From the NCBI RefSeq assembly GCF_001194135.2, contig NC_068985.1:75075081-75139080 (forward strand): 64,000 nt of DNA, given 5' to 3'. The translations under genes were made by a program, and so were the position numbers. Shown one piece after another: positions 24,851-37,977 of the stretch; within the stretch, counting starts at the first letter, position 1, and each line of letters begins with the position of its first letter. The notes beneath the pieces are model-generated. The model had not been told where the DNA came from. It saw only the letters and a list, made by a program, of their open reading frames with translations, and made no database searches. The DNA comes from Octopus bimaculoides. Lineage: Eukaryota.

Positions 24851-25560
24851 ACTAGTCGAATATGTATATTTTCTCAATTCATAGCTACTTAATTTATTTC
24901 CATGGCTCAACCTTTCTTATGACATTATATCCGAATTTCCTCTGTATTTTAAATTTTTTCATATTTGAAATAGATAAATTCGATCCTAATTTGTGTTCGC
25001 ATGTTTTCAATGTTCCCCCAGCATTTTGTGCATTGTATTAAAGTTGGCTGTGTAATAGTTGGATAGACATTCTTTATCCATCGGATTTCTATGTACAATC
25101 CATATAAGTGTACACTAAATAAGAAAAGAAATGGCTATCTTATTTATTGAAAATACCAATATTTAGTATATGCATTGGGGGACTGAATTCTTCCGCATGT
25201 ACTCAGAGATGGTGCTCGAACGACGTTTGTAGAAGTAAAGTAGTTGTGTTATATAAGACCAAGAATTGATCTTACTTCTGGATGAATAAAGCAAGGTAGA
25301 GAGGCGTATAGCTTCGTGCATATCTACATTAAAAGACGTCATCTTTTGTTCAAGACGAGGAGCAGCAATTTACCTTTTTAAAAATAACATATCAACAATA
25401 TCACTATCTATACAGGCACTTGCATTTATTTTGCTACCCCAATAGGACAGAATGGTATGTATTTTATATCTTAAACATACACAGGTATGCAATTTGTCTG
25501 GAAAATTAAGGTCAGGCTGGATAAGATTTACTCCATTAATTTACTTCCTTCTGATCTTAG

Positions 25561-25596
25561 GTTGGAAAAACGGCGATTGTCTCCATTAAGCTCATG
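25561..25596 (+). other. Candidate 36-nt host exon
   Basis: TTTACTTCCTTCTGATCTTAG|G acceptor and ATG|GTAAGT donor. Length is divisible by 3; phase 0 reads VGKTAIVSIKLM. No supporting neighbouring exons. Confidence 0.25.
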
Positions 25597-26534
25597 GTAA
25601 GTGCAATGGATCTAGAAGTATGCGAAATGCGTTCGACAATTAACTCTAAATCAATTTTGATGACTACAAATGATGCAACAACCGGAAAAGCATATCAAGT
25701 ACAAGTTTTCCCTTCTTAGTGTGTTCGCTTGCAATCCTCCACCAAATCGAGAAATACATTTATCACTGTCCATATAGTTGAAGGCGTTGTCAAATATTAC
25801 AAAATATATGTGCAAACAATACAGGATCTGAAACACTATTTTGCTCGATGTCATTGTTAATTCCGAAATATTTATTCGATTGCGTTTGAAACAACTTCAG
25901 TATCTATGCCCATATGAATGGAAATAATCAAATTTAGCATGTTAATAGACGTTACGATTTTTCCTAGTACATGCCATATGTTACTAAGTGCAATCATATT
26001 TAGTCTTAATAATATACATTTCTCATGGGAAGGGGCTCATTCTATTGACATTTTCTTGCGTGCTTTGCAATGAAAACAAAACAGATGCTTCCTTTATTTT
26101 ATCCCAAAAATTTGTTTGACTTTTAATATTTTTTATCAGAGCATACTTCATTGAGGCCTTCTTGAAAAAAAAAACGCTGCAGAGAACACAAAATATATTA
26201 TAAATAAACACCTTTCCCTGTATGTCTTGGTACAAATTACCTCCTGCTGATTCGAATATTCCATTACAGTAATTTTATGAAGACAAAAAATTTTAGTAAG
26301 TAAACTACAATGAAAATGTCGAAGTTCGTAATATAAACGTGCATATAAGATAGTTGAAAATATAAATATTTAAAAAACATATTTTAATATTTTTATTCAT
26401 AGTTGCATGTTTCTTTGAACTTTAATGTTGATTTATTTTTCAGACATTAATTACAATTAATTTCTCTTTTACTCTCCGGAAGTGTTTCTACATCCCATCC
26501 TTCTGTATTAAAGATGTATATTAAAATCGTTTTA

Positions 26535-26950
26535 CATCTTGCTAAGGCAGTGTGCTGGTAGACTGCTCAGTGGCATTTCGTTCGTTCGGCGATTAAATCC
26601 CGCTCAGAGCGAATTTGCCTTTTATATTTTCGGGGTCAATAAAATAAGTACCAGCTGAGCGCTGGGAACTATGAAGTCGACTGAAACCATTGGCCGTGTG
26701 CCAGAATTTGAAACCAATATTTATATTTTCTAAAGACAGTGACTCGCAGAATCATTAGCGAAATTTCGTTCGTCTTTACGTTCTGAGTTCAAACGATAAG
26801 CTTCTTTCATTCCCTGTTTAGCGAACCTATTTCCAAATTTTTGGTCGGCCCGAAGCTATAATACAAAACACTTGTCGAAGATGCCACTTAGTACGATTGA
26901 ACCGAAATCGTTATTGTTGGGGAACAAACGTCTTACCGTACAGACACGCC
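26535..26950. mobile_element. SINE cluster (plus-strand pieces 26535-26800, minus-strand tRNA-head SINE 26800-26950)
   Basis: Similar to the other in-window SINE copies (34660-34860; 33061-33220). Confidence 0.65.
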
Positions 26951-26951
26951 A

Positions 26952-27027
<76 letters not shown>

Positions 27028-27779
27028 GCATGCACACACACACACACGCACACACACGCACATATTCACATATACTCCATACATATATTTAAGTATAATC
27101 ACAAAGCAAAAAATCGGGAGGTTTGAGAGGAAAATCTACATATATTTTCCCATAAGAACCTCACTTGCTTACAGCCATTTCACAACCTTCTACAGGTCGT
27201 ATTATTAATTTCTCTTTGCAAATTTATGCATATATATTTGTAACAATATGTATGCTGAACATTCTAGAATGCAATAAAGAAAGCTAAATCATCAGATAAC
27301 CCATAGTATAATACTGTGCATACATAATGATGCAAACTTGTACGAAAACGTTGCCTATCGAAATTAATAACACTACACGAAGATTTTCGAAACGTCTATA
27401 CGATATGGACGTTATGTGGCAAAATAAACTTAAATTGAACTCTTACATCTTCTAAATTTAAACTTACATTCGACTCTAACATCTGAATTTTGTTTATTTA
27501 CTCCCTGTTTAAACACCTATTGTTCAGATTTCCAGGATTTTCAGTTTCGCTGACATATTACGTAAAATTAAAACAACACAGTGATAATTCCTTAAACTGA
27601 GAACTTCAATTGAAAGCTATCAAATTCGCTGATTCCTTATGTTCTATTTCACTAGAGTTCTAAATACTTGAATATTTAGATACTTACATAACTTTCGGCC
27701 TGAATTGGCCCAGACCATGTCTAACTTAGTAGCATTATCTGGAAAAGATGTTTAATGATGTTTCACATTAGTAATACTT

Positions 27780-28460
27780 TGCGACACCTAACCGATTCTA
27801 GTAAAGTGTTATTTACAAAGGTATATTCGGGTGTATGCGGTTTAGCTAGAATTTATTGGAGATATTCGTCCAACAACCCTTTGAATGTTAGGGTAACTTT
27901 TCTTCTCTTATTTGCCTTGGCGTAATGTTAAAGAGAGCCGGTCCAGTTGAGGTGAAATAGTTCTTTCTTAGTGTTGTTATGTAACACGAACATGACTTTT
28001 GTAGAGTACGTACAACACGAGAACTAAGTCTTGTATGCGTTTTAAAGTTGATTCCAATATAATTTAGGCAATATTGTTGGAATATTTTCTACATTATACA
28101 AAAGTTATAGAGCTCAGGGCAATGTTGAAAAGAATAAAATTTGAGTTCTGGAAACCAACCCAATGATCGAGATCTGTGTTCCCGTCTAGATTTCTTGTGA
28201 TAGGTGTGCCTTAACTGTTTTAATATTTTGTTTCATGTAGAGAGACTATGGCGAAGTTGGAGAGTAGAAGGATAATGTTAGGGGCCACTCCAGACCGAAA
28301 AGTCTCAGGGATCGAGGAGAAAGCCCTGCAGGCCATGACAACGTTTTTGTTTAAGTGAGTATTCCAGCTTTATTTTTTATCAAGTTACTCGGGAGTCCCT
28401 ACTGGTGCTTGATGGCATAATGTCTGATGCCGCCTGGTAGCTTAAGTGCAGATTCTTTAT
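27780..28460 (-). mobile_element. Decayed CR1-like LINE 3' end
   Basis: Minus strand FKGLLDEYLQ*ILAKPHTPEYTFVNNTLLE, homologous to 34470-34550. Confidence 0.55.
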
Positions 28461-28526
28461 ACATATTTATAAAAATATATACGATTTGTTGATGCATAGA
28501 TGTATATAAGAATATGTATGTGTGTG

Positions 28527-28596
<70 letters not shown>

Positions 28597-29677
28597 ATAC
28601 ACACGCATATATATTTATATATACATACACATTTATATATATGTAAATGCATACACAAGCATATAGATATTTATACATAGCGAATCATACATTTGTGAGT
28701 ACATATATATTTATATGTGCATCATAGGTTAACCATATATATATACATATTTTATGAAATATTCCTGGTTCATTAGTTCATTTGATATAGTAAATTTTCT
28801 ATTGTATTATAGTCTAGCTTTGTACGTACACCTGTGTGTGTTTGAAAGCGTGTATGTAGGCAGGTAACAAATCATCACATAAACAACATAAATAAATTGG
28901 AAGCAAATAGGAAACAAACAACAGGTATCATGTAGAGTTAGACAGACTATACTGAAGCCCCGGATACGTAGAAAAATAGTGCAAATAAACGACACACTCA
29001 CACTAATGCGCGCACAGGCATGTTACACACACACACGCAACGCACTCACGCACGTATTTATATATAATATAGTCATATATATATATATATACACGATACA
29101 CACACATATAGATACATATATATATACATATATATATATTATATATATATNNNNNNNNNNNNNNNNNNNNNNNNNNNNNNNNNNNNNNNNNNNNNNNNNN
29201 NNNNNNNNNNNNNNNNNNNNNNNNNNNNNNNNNNNNNNNNNNNNNNNNNNNNNNNNNNNNNNNNNNNNNNNNNNNNNNNNNNNNNNNNNNNNNNNNNNNN
29301 NNNNNNNNNNNNNNNNNNNNNNNNNNNNNNNNNNNNNNNNNNNNNNNNNNNNNNNNNNNNNNNNNNNNNNNNNNNNNNNNNNNNNNNNNNNNNNNNNNNN
29401 NNNNNNNNNNNNNNNNNNNNNNNNNNNNNNNNNNNNNNNNNNNNNNNNNNNNNNNNNNNNNNNNNNNNNNNNNNNNNNNNNNNNNNNNNNNNNNNNNNNN
29501 NNNNNNNNNNNNNNNNNNNNNNNNNNNNNNNNNNNNNNNNNNNNNNNNNNNNNNNNNNNNNNNNNNNNNNNNNNNNNNNNNNNNNNNNNNNNNNNNNNNN
29601 NNNNNNNNNNNNNNNNNNNNNNNNNNNNNNNNNNNNNNNNNNNNNNNNNNNNNNNNNNNNNNNNNNNNNNNNNNNNN

Positions 29678-30873
29678 GCGTTATTTCATTATAGTTTTAT
29701 TTTTCAATATTATGATAAATAAAGTTTTTTTTCTTTTCATTTAGAATGTACTCTCCTTCATTTTCTGCACTGCTCTCCCATCTCGCTTGTGGACTTAGAT
29801 GGTCCCTCTTACAAATTTCACTTGTCCGTGACCACAAATACTCCAGTACTGTTCTGACCTCGTCTACAGGATTCAGATTCTTTCCGTCCAAATGATTTTG
29901 AAGACTGCGGAATAAATGATAATCAGATGGGGCAATATCCGGCGAATATGAAGTGTGAGTTATCGTTTTCCATTCAAGCTCCTCCAGCCTTTGGAATATT
30001 ATCCTTGCTGCATCGGGCCGAGTTGTATTCTGATGGAAGAACACTTTTCGTCTTGAAACCAAAGCTGGTTGTTTTTCTTCTAGCGCTGACTTAAGTCACT
30101 CAAGTTGCTCACAGTAGACCTCATTTGATATCGATTCGTTTGGGTTTAAAAGTTCAAAGTGGCCTCAACCTTTCATATCCCACCAAAGAGATAACAACAC
30201 CTTACGTAGGTGAAAGCTTTCTTTAGCTTGGAGTGTCGGTGTTACTTCTTTCCCTACTCACTATCTTCGGCGCTGGGCTTATTTATAGAAAAGTCCATTT
30301 CTCGTCACCAGTCATTATTCGGTCAAAAAGAAAGAAAAAAAAACAACATTAGACTAAGAAAGTTTGTGAGGAACCCATTTACCCAATATGCTGACTTTTC
30401 CGATGGTATGCAGTTGTCGATGAAAAGTTGAATGACCGAATCCAAGCTTCTCTGCTAGTTCCTCAACAGTTCCGATTGGATTTTCTTCCTGCAGGTTTTA
30501 CAGGACGTACTCATCAGATCTACCAGGACGCGGAGCATCTTCTAGGCTTGAACCACCTATAACACTGGCTTACGCTTATTATGCGATCCCCATACACTGT
30601 ATCAATATTCCTCGCACTTTCGGCTGCGTTGTTGCCGTTATTGATCTCATAAAGCAAAATATGCCGAATATGCGTCTTTGCCATTTCCATTATAGGTTTC
30701 AAAAAATAACCGTTAAGATCGAACTGCACTCTTCAACATTTGCACTAAGGATAGGGTCAAAGTAAAATTACTGCCTGTTTTTATAGCAAGTTGATGCAAG
30801 CATTTTATCCCTCCCCCTTCCGACATTTGGTTCATGCAATTGAAAAAACTGCATTATTTGTGGGATTACCCTA
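29678..30873 (-). mobile_element. Mariner (DD34D) transposon, near full length, inactivated, inserted in (TA)n
   Basis: N-terminus HIRHILLYE..GNNAAESARNI..VYG, then WVPHKLS and YSPDIAPSDYHLFRSLQNHL. There are 34 residues from the second catalytic position (now N) to the third D. One TIR reads TAGGGTAATCCCACAAATAATGC; the other runs into the gap. Confidence 0.9.
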
Positions 30874-31601
30874 TATATATATGTATATATATATATATAT
30901 ATATATNNNNNNNNNNNNNNNNNNNNNNNNNNNNNNNNNNNNNNNNNNNNNNNNNNNNNNNNNNNNNNNNNNNNNNNNNNNNNNNNNNNNNNNNNNNNNN
31001 NNNNNNNNNNNNNNNNNNNNNNNNNNNNNNNNNNNNNNNNNNNNNNNNNNNNNNNNNNNNNNNNNNNNNNNNNNNNNNNNNNNNNNNNNNNNNNNNNNNN
31101 NNNNNNNNNNNNNNNNNNNNNNNNNNNNNNNNNNNNNNNNNNNNNNNNNNNNNNNNNNNNNNNNNNNNNNNNNNNNNNNNNNNNNNNNNNNNNNNNNNNN
31201 NNNNNNNNNNNNNNNNNNNNNNNNNNNNNNNNNNNNNNNNNNNNNNNNNNNNNNNNNNNNNNNNNNNNNNNNNNNNNNNNNNNNNNNNNNNNNNNNNNNN
31301 NNNNNNNNNNNNNNNNNNNNNNNNNNNNNNNNNNNNNNNNNNNNNNNNNNNNNNNNNNNNNNNNNNNNNNNNNNNNNNNNNNNNNNNNNNNNNNNNNNNN
31401 NNNNNNNNNNNNNNNNNNNNNNNNNNNNNNNNNNNNNNNNNNNNNNNNNNNNNNNNNNNNNNNNNNNNNNNNNNNNNNNNNNNNNNNNNNNNNNNNNNNN
31501 NNNNNNNNNNNNNNNNNNNNNNNNNNNNNNNNNNNNNNNNNNNNNNNNNNNNNNNNNNNATATATATATATATATATATATATAGATAGATAGATAGATA
31601 T

Positions 31602-31632
<31 letters not shown>

Positions 31633-31791
31633 TGGATAACGCACGCACACTCACACTCTCTCTCACACACGCGTGCGCGCGCGCGCTAAAACATATTTTC
31701 TACGAAATGTTAATTACTTGAAATACCTTGCACATTCATTTGTCACTTGTTTGCAGATTTTATGCCGAATATGCTTTCCCTATAGTACCAA

Positions 31792-32680
31792 TACAGGGTG
31801 AATGAAAAGCAACTTCCTGTTTTAAAAGACTTTTAATTTATTTAACTTTTTTTTTTCTCAAATTTGTTGTTTGTCTTCTTTATTGTATAGGAATTCATTC
31901 TATGTTGTTGTCGTCTTTCAAATCGATTCTTTTTGGGGTTTGTGGAGGTGATGTTGGCTTGGTATGATAAATGGTCTGATCTCTTTAAAAATATACTCTG
32001 GAGTGTTGAAACAGTATTCCACATCGGTGAGTTTGTGAACCGTCACAACTGCCGCTACTGGCTAGAAGAAGATCCTCGTATTAGCTCTGAAAAAAATGCA
32101 GAATCGGCCTAAGGTAACGGTACAGTGTGGAATATTTTCGGACAGGATTGTGGGTCCTTTCATCCTTTGTAATACATGAATGCTGAAAGATACCTCACTA
32201 TACTGCAAGATGAAATCTGTCCAGTTATCAGTATTTGGGAGAATATTGAAGATTTGCTTTTTATGCAAGATGGTGCTCCTCCACATTTTGCTATTGTTGT
32301 TCGTGAATGGCTGAATGCCCACTTCCTTGGGAGATGGATGGGCCATCGAGGTTCTCGCGATTGGCTGGCCAGAAGTACTGATTTAACACCCTGCAATGTT
32401 TTTCTTTGGGGTTGGTTAAAGGGGCAACGACTTTGGAAGAACTTGAGGGGTGAATACGAGAAGTTATAACTTCCATCGCACAAGACTTCCTGATGAAATC
32501 ATTTGACGCAGTTTCCGAGCGGCTTGAGAAGCTGATGGCGAATGCTGGTGCCTATATCGAATTTTAAATAAAACTCCATGCTATATGCTTTCTTCACTTA
32601 TTCATTCTTTCTAAATATTATAGATAATAAATAAATTATAAGTATCTTAAAATAGCGAGTTACTTTTCAATCATCCTGTA
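31792..32680 (+). mobile_element. Tc1/mariner DD41D (rosa/Visitor-type) element with the transposase N-terminus deleted
   Basis: ~33-bp imperfect TIRs (TACAGGGTGAATGAAAAG / CTTTTCAATCATCCTGTA) with TA at both ends. Translation ILWSVE..VNRHNCRYW..QDGAPPH..WLARSTDLTPCNVFLWGWLK gives 41 residues between D2 and the D3 position. D1 is now V and D3 is now N. Confidence 0.85.
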
Positions 32681-33060
32681 TACAGAATGTTGATGTCTTT
32701 TATTTTCTCCACGAGAAGCGTTGTTGAGCTTGACATAAAGCGTTATGATGATATTTCAAATGATAAACATATTAATATATATCCTAAAGGCTCTGTTAGG
32801 AGGCTCTAATGTATATGTCATCTACTCTGACTTCACCAAAGCTTTCGATAAAGATGACCACACCATTCTGTTGTATCAACTATCCCTCATTAGAATCTGA
32901 CGGAAACTATCATATAAAAGTGGGTTGAATGTTTTCTAGTGATCGGAACCCAGTATTTGGTGAGAGATATTGTTCCGTCAAACTCGGCAACAGTCATCAA
33001 TGAAGTGCCACAAGTTATTGCATTGAGTCCACCTCTTTTCATTATTTACATCAATGACAT

Positions 33061-33284
33061 AGGCGTGAGAGTGGCTGTGTGGTAAATAGCTTCCTTACGA
33101 ACCACGTGGTTCCGGGTTCAGTCCCACTGCGTGGAACCTTGGGCAAGTGTCTTCTACTATAGTCTCGGGCCGACCAAAGCCTTGTGAGTGGATTTGGTAA
33201 ACGGAAACTGAAATAAGCCTTTTATATATGTATATATATATATGTGTGTGTGTGTATGTGTGTGTGTATGTGTGTGCGTGTGTT

Positions 33285-33318
<34 letters not shown>

Positions 33319-33512
33319 CATGTATGTGTGTATAAGTTTGTGTGTCTGTGTTTGCGTCCCCATAACTTAGCGGTTCGGCAAAAGAGACGATAGAATAAGT
33401 ACTAGGCTTACAAAGAATAAGTTCTGTGGTCGATTTGCTCGACTAAAGACGGTGCTCCAGCATGGCCACAGTCAAATGACTGAAACAAGAAAATGTGTAA
33501 AAGAGTAACAGA
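33061..33512 (+). mobile_element. tRNA-head SINE with internal (TA)/(TG) microsatellite
   Basis: Head reads GTGGCTGTGTGGTAA...GGTTCAGTCCC. A GACAT duplication (33056-60 and 33513-17) flanks it, and removing the insertion restores the CR1 frame YINDIIDVI. Confidence 0.85.
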
Positions 33513-34248
33513 GACATCATCGACGTTATCAAACATAGAAACGTTAAAATTTTCATAGATGACACTAAGCCTCTGAAGGTCGTCGACAGGGAAGGAGGCC
33601 GGTATAATCTCCAGTCAGATCTCGCTGTTATATGATGGGTGGAAAAACACAATATGCAGCTAAAGAAAATAAATTTGAATTAACCCACTTCGGTAAAGAG
33701 ACTGCACTTATGCTACCAGACACCCTTCAGTCGGACGAAATCCATATGGTATTAAACATTGCTAGGGACCAAGACGCAACTGTCGAAAACAGCTTAAGCT
33801 AGAGTGAACATATAGATACCAAAATTGGTACGTACTCTTGCATCCTCATGAATTATCTGTCTGAGATGCTCCTTCAATTATCCTTCTCTTCCTTACCTTT
33901 GCCCGAACTCATCTTGAGTACTGTAGTCTATCGAGGTCTCCCTACACGAAGCAAGATATTATAAAATTTGAAGACACTTAGTGATCCGTCGCAAGGAAAC
34001 TAGATGACCTGACAGGTCTTAATTGTTGGGGTCGTCTTAAGAAACTGAAATGCTAGTCCCTACAACATCGCCGTAAGCGCGATATCATGTATGATGTAGA
34101 ATATATTCCAACAGCATTGCCCAAATGCAGTTGACATCAACTCTAAAATTCGCCCAAGTTTTGATCCCCTGAGACATCTGTCTCCACACAACATTCAAAC
34201 AGAACTATTATAGCTCAATTGACCCTGCTGTCATTATATTGATGCCAA

Positions 34249-34404
34249 CTGCCGCTATGTTCTGAGTTCAAATTCCGCCGAGATCGACTGTGCCTTTCGT
34301 CCTTTCAAGGTCTGATATAAAAACCAGTTACGCACTCGTGTCGATGTAGTCGACTTGTCCCCTTCCCACAGAATTTTCAAGGCCTTGTGCCTAGAGAAGA
34401 AATA
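34249..34404 (+). mobile_element. SINE fragment nested in CR1 with 16-bp TSD
   Basis: ATTATATTGATGCCAA (34233-48) and ATTATATTCATGCCAA (34405-20) flank it. Confidence 0.8.
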
Positions 34405-34659
34405 ATTATATTCATGCCAAGACGCATAAGAGAAAAGAATATCTCAAAACAATGAAATAGTTCCTGGACAAATACAGCAAATTCTATACAAGCCCCATAC
34501 ACCAGAATATATCTCTGAAAACGATAACTCTGAACTAGAATGGATCATGGTGCCCAAAGAATGAATGTAATATGAAGCATCATTAAATGTTTGCCTTCAC
34601 TTTTACATATTTTAATAACTGCTATTATATATAAAACCTTAATATTAAGATACAATAAA

Positions 34660-34860
34660 TTTAAGGCAGCGAGCTGGCAGAAACTTTGGCGCGCCATGTG
34701 AAATGCTTAGGGGTATTTCGTCTGTCTTTACGTTCTGAGTTCAAATTCCACCGATGTCGACTTTACCTTTCATCCTTTTGGGGTCGATAAATTAAGTACC
34801 GGTTGCATACTGGGGTCGATCTGATTAACTGGCCTTTCTCCCAAAATTTATTTAATCTTT
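34660..34860 (+). mobile_element. SINE-like repeat
   Basis: gcgagctggcagaa...gttctgagttcaaattcc...ggggtcgataaattaagtacc, matching other in-window copies. Confidence 0.8.
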
Positions 34861-34894
34861 TCTACTCTAGGCACAGAGTGTGTTTTTATGTGTT

Positions 34895-34925
<31 letters not shown>

Positions 34926-35329
34926 GCGTGTGTGCGTGTGTGTGTGTGTGTGTGTGATTGCCCCCACCCCCACTATTTGAACAACAGTGACAGTGTGTTC
35001 TACAAAAGAGTCCGATAGAATAAGTACAAGGTTAAAAATAACTACTGGGGTCGACTCTTTTGACTAAAATATTTCAAGGCGGCGCCGCAACAGGGCCGCA
35101 ATCAAAATACCGAAATAAGTAAGAGATAAATACACACACACACACACACATATACTCACACAAACATATATATAGAGAGAGAAATATAAGGAGCAAAAAT
35201 ACTGGAGATTCAGTAAACAACACGTAGTAAAATTATGAGTTGAAAATATGTAAAGAAAAATGAAGAAAATGCCTTCGTTTCGCATAGTTTAATATTTTTT
35301 ATATAAATATATACATATTATATGGGTGT

Positions 35330-35830
35330 TGTAAAATCCAACCGGTTTTCGCTATTTAAATTAGCTTTTCAAGGGGTATTGTAGAGTGATTAATTAGCAT
35401 GATGAGGGGGTTTCGCCATCTTGGCTGTTTGAAAAATAAGAAACAATTTAGAAAGTGAACCAAGGGAGATAATGGGTGTCAAGGGGGATAACCTATTCCT
35501 TAGTATAGCTTCTGAGGTTGTCAGGTTTGAATTGAGGTGTGGTTTATATCTTTGAATGAATAAGTTCTCTTTATTTAGTCGTTCTTGCACTGAAATTTAA
35601 TCTTTGCACTGGTAGAAGGGGAAGGTAAGGACCTTCAGCGTTTTATCACCTGCGCATCTGTCAAGATGTGCGCTCAGTGCAATTTGCTTGTACTGGGGGA
35701 AGCGAATCTGTTCCTTATGCACCGTGACTCTGCGTCTCAAAGAAAGGCTCGTTTGGCCTGCAAAGTTATGGCCACAATCTGAGCAGGATATGTCATAGAT
35801 CTGAGGCATGTTTTAGTCATAACAACTGCT
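35330..35830 (-). mobile_element. Penelope-like element 3' part: GIY-YIG endonuclease + terminal region
   Basis: QIYDISCSDCGHNFAGQTSLSLRRRVTVHKEQIR...ERLNKENLFIQRYKPHLN carries the GIY-YIG IYxIxC..GQT, R and E motifs. Confidence 0.8.
35335..35380 (-). ncRNA. Degenerate minimal hammerhead ribozyme motif (PLE-type)
   Basis: Minus strand AATACCCC TTGAAAA GCTA-atttaaa-TAGC GAAA aCCGG TT GGATT. The core differs from CUGANGA by two transitions. Confidence 0.45.
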
Positions 35831-36019
35831 TCCATCAATGTTCAGTTATCGCAAAAACTCGATCGATAATTATCGATCTTTTCAAAAGTTCGTCCGATTT
35901 CAACCGAACTCAGTACACATTTGCAACTTGACCCAAATAGTTTCATGGCGTCGCGGTACTCAGCGGAAGACCAGAAGACCGAAACTGAACTACAGAAGCA
36001 CAATGAAGCTGCGTACCAC

Positions 36020-36700
36020 TTAATCAATGTGTTTATTGGTCCAGCATTTGATGTGACACCAGATTATTCAGATTTATTTATGCCAGGGATCCACTATGAC
36101 AGCTATTTCTTTACTCATACGCATATCGCCTGTTCACGCACACAATGACGGACACTTGACTTTGTTATGGTCACCATTTCTTATTCTCATACATTGTCAG
36201 TACCTTCCTACAACGTCACTTTGTTTTTGTGATCTTGCCATTGCCACTCTGTTGTAAACTTGCTATTATGACCTCATACTGTTTGCTTGAAAAGTCCTCA
36301 CCCTCGTACATAAAATCGCTTCCTGTAGACATGGTCTTACAATCGGTCGAGTCGTCTTTTGGGTCACTTAGCTGGATTGAAACAGCCGTCAAACCATCAT
36401 CTACAGCCATAAATACTCTGCTTTATTTTGCACTCGACGTAAGCCCCGAAAACTCTTCATTTTTACAGTTTGTCGCCCCTCATTTGTGCTCCGACACCCG
36501 ACACCCACTTCCTTCTGCCGTTTGTAACCGTGCATTTTTACCCCTCACGTCGGGACCTAAATGTAACCTATTCCGTCCGACTTTCACACAATAGCCTACG
36601 TCGATTTTCAGCACTGACGCACATTCTGCAATCTTGCTTCAGATCGCTATCAGACATCCCGAATTACTTCCACGCATTGTTTTTCTCCTACCATGACCCC
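36020..36700 (+). mobile_element. Possible very decayed Penelope-type RT/thumb, opposite in orientation to the adjacent GIY-YIG
   Basis: Weak motif echoes only: FDVTPDY (DVxSLY), SLPVD (LPFLD), FLQF..HLCSD (SQFLR..RLCSD). Confidence 0.25.
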
Positions 36701-37578
36701 CTCCCCCAAGGAACCACCTGTTCTTCTGCCTCAGCTCAAGGCAACTCTTCTCCATATTGTTCGGACACTCGGTAAGTACTTGACCATTACTCACAAAGTA
36801 GCAACTAGGTGCCATTCCTTACTATCACACTAACAGTCCTGCTTACCCCTTCACGCTTTTATCCTCTTACGATGGGGTAGTGTTGCATCATTGGTTTATT
36901 GCCGCGTTTTCGCGAGCGATGACTGCATCATTCTTAAAAAACTCCTTTTATTTTCTCGAACACCAGTCACGATCCTGTTCCAACGTTTTCACTGCAACCT
37001 CTCCTCACAAAGCTATCCTTTCATAATTTAATCCAGCTGCAGTTGGTAAGTCGCAAAATTGTTATTACATCTACTGTTGCTTTTTGTCATTTCACCTCAC
37101 GCCGTTGGAACACGTTCATAAAGTACCACCTCTCATTGGCAAAAATAGGTAGAGGGATTTTCGACAAATGCCTCCACCTCACGAATCGGTAAGCAACATT
37201 ATCTCAGGCTTCACAGTATAGCTGCTAGATATTATATGTTGACAATTTGCATTCATGTATTTTTCCAGCGTAGAACAAACTACGATTGACACCCGTTTAC
37301 GAATGCGGATAGTGAAAAGCATGTTAATTGTCCCTTTGAGAAGTGATTTGATTTGTTGCCAGTTTCCATTGCAACATAGCTTACCGTACTGCTTCTAAAT
37401 CACCTTATGGATATCTCTCCTTTTAGAAGTGCTTATGGCTTTATACTCGCATACCTATTTCATAAAAAAACTTACATATCCTGTCTGCCGCTTGCTTTTA
37501 TCCTTCTGACTAAGAGATCTCGAAACAAACGACCAACAAAATCCTCGCCTGACCGCTATTGCCATCCTGTGTGCAACC

Positions 37579-37915
37579 GCTTCCTTTCATCTTTTATCCA
37601 GAAATTATATATATATTTCCATCTCTCTCTCTCTCTCTCTCTNNNNNNNNNNNNNNNNNNNNNNNNNNNNNNNNNNNNNNNNNNNNNNNNNNNNNNNNNN
37701 NNNNNNNNNNNNNNNNNNNNNNNNNNNNNNNNNNNNNNNNNNNNNNNNNNNNNNNNNNNNNNNNNNNNNNNNNNNNNNNNNNNNNNNNNNNNNNNNNNNN
37801 NNNNNNNNNNNNNNNNNNNNNNNNNNNNNNNNNNNNNNNNNNNNNNNNNNNNNNNNNNNNNNNNNNNNNNNNNNNNNNNNNNNNNNNNNNNNNNNNNNNN
37901 NNNNNNNNNNNNNNN

Positions 37916-37977
<62 letters not shown>

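Larger units (their letters stand above)
32790..34600 (+). mobile_element. CR1-like LINE (RT to 3' end) interrupted by two SINE insertions
   Basis: IYSDFTKAFDKDDH, LFIIYINDI|IDVIKH..IFIDDTK, LQSDL, and C-terminal KPHTPEYIS. Confidence 0.85.

Noticed and set aside
25446-25490. 9-nt microexon (AG|GACAGAATG|GTATGT) and an AG|GTATGC recursive-splice-like site
   Set aside because: They are only 30 nt apart, too close to both function, and short motifs like these are expected by chance.
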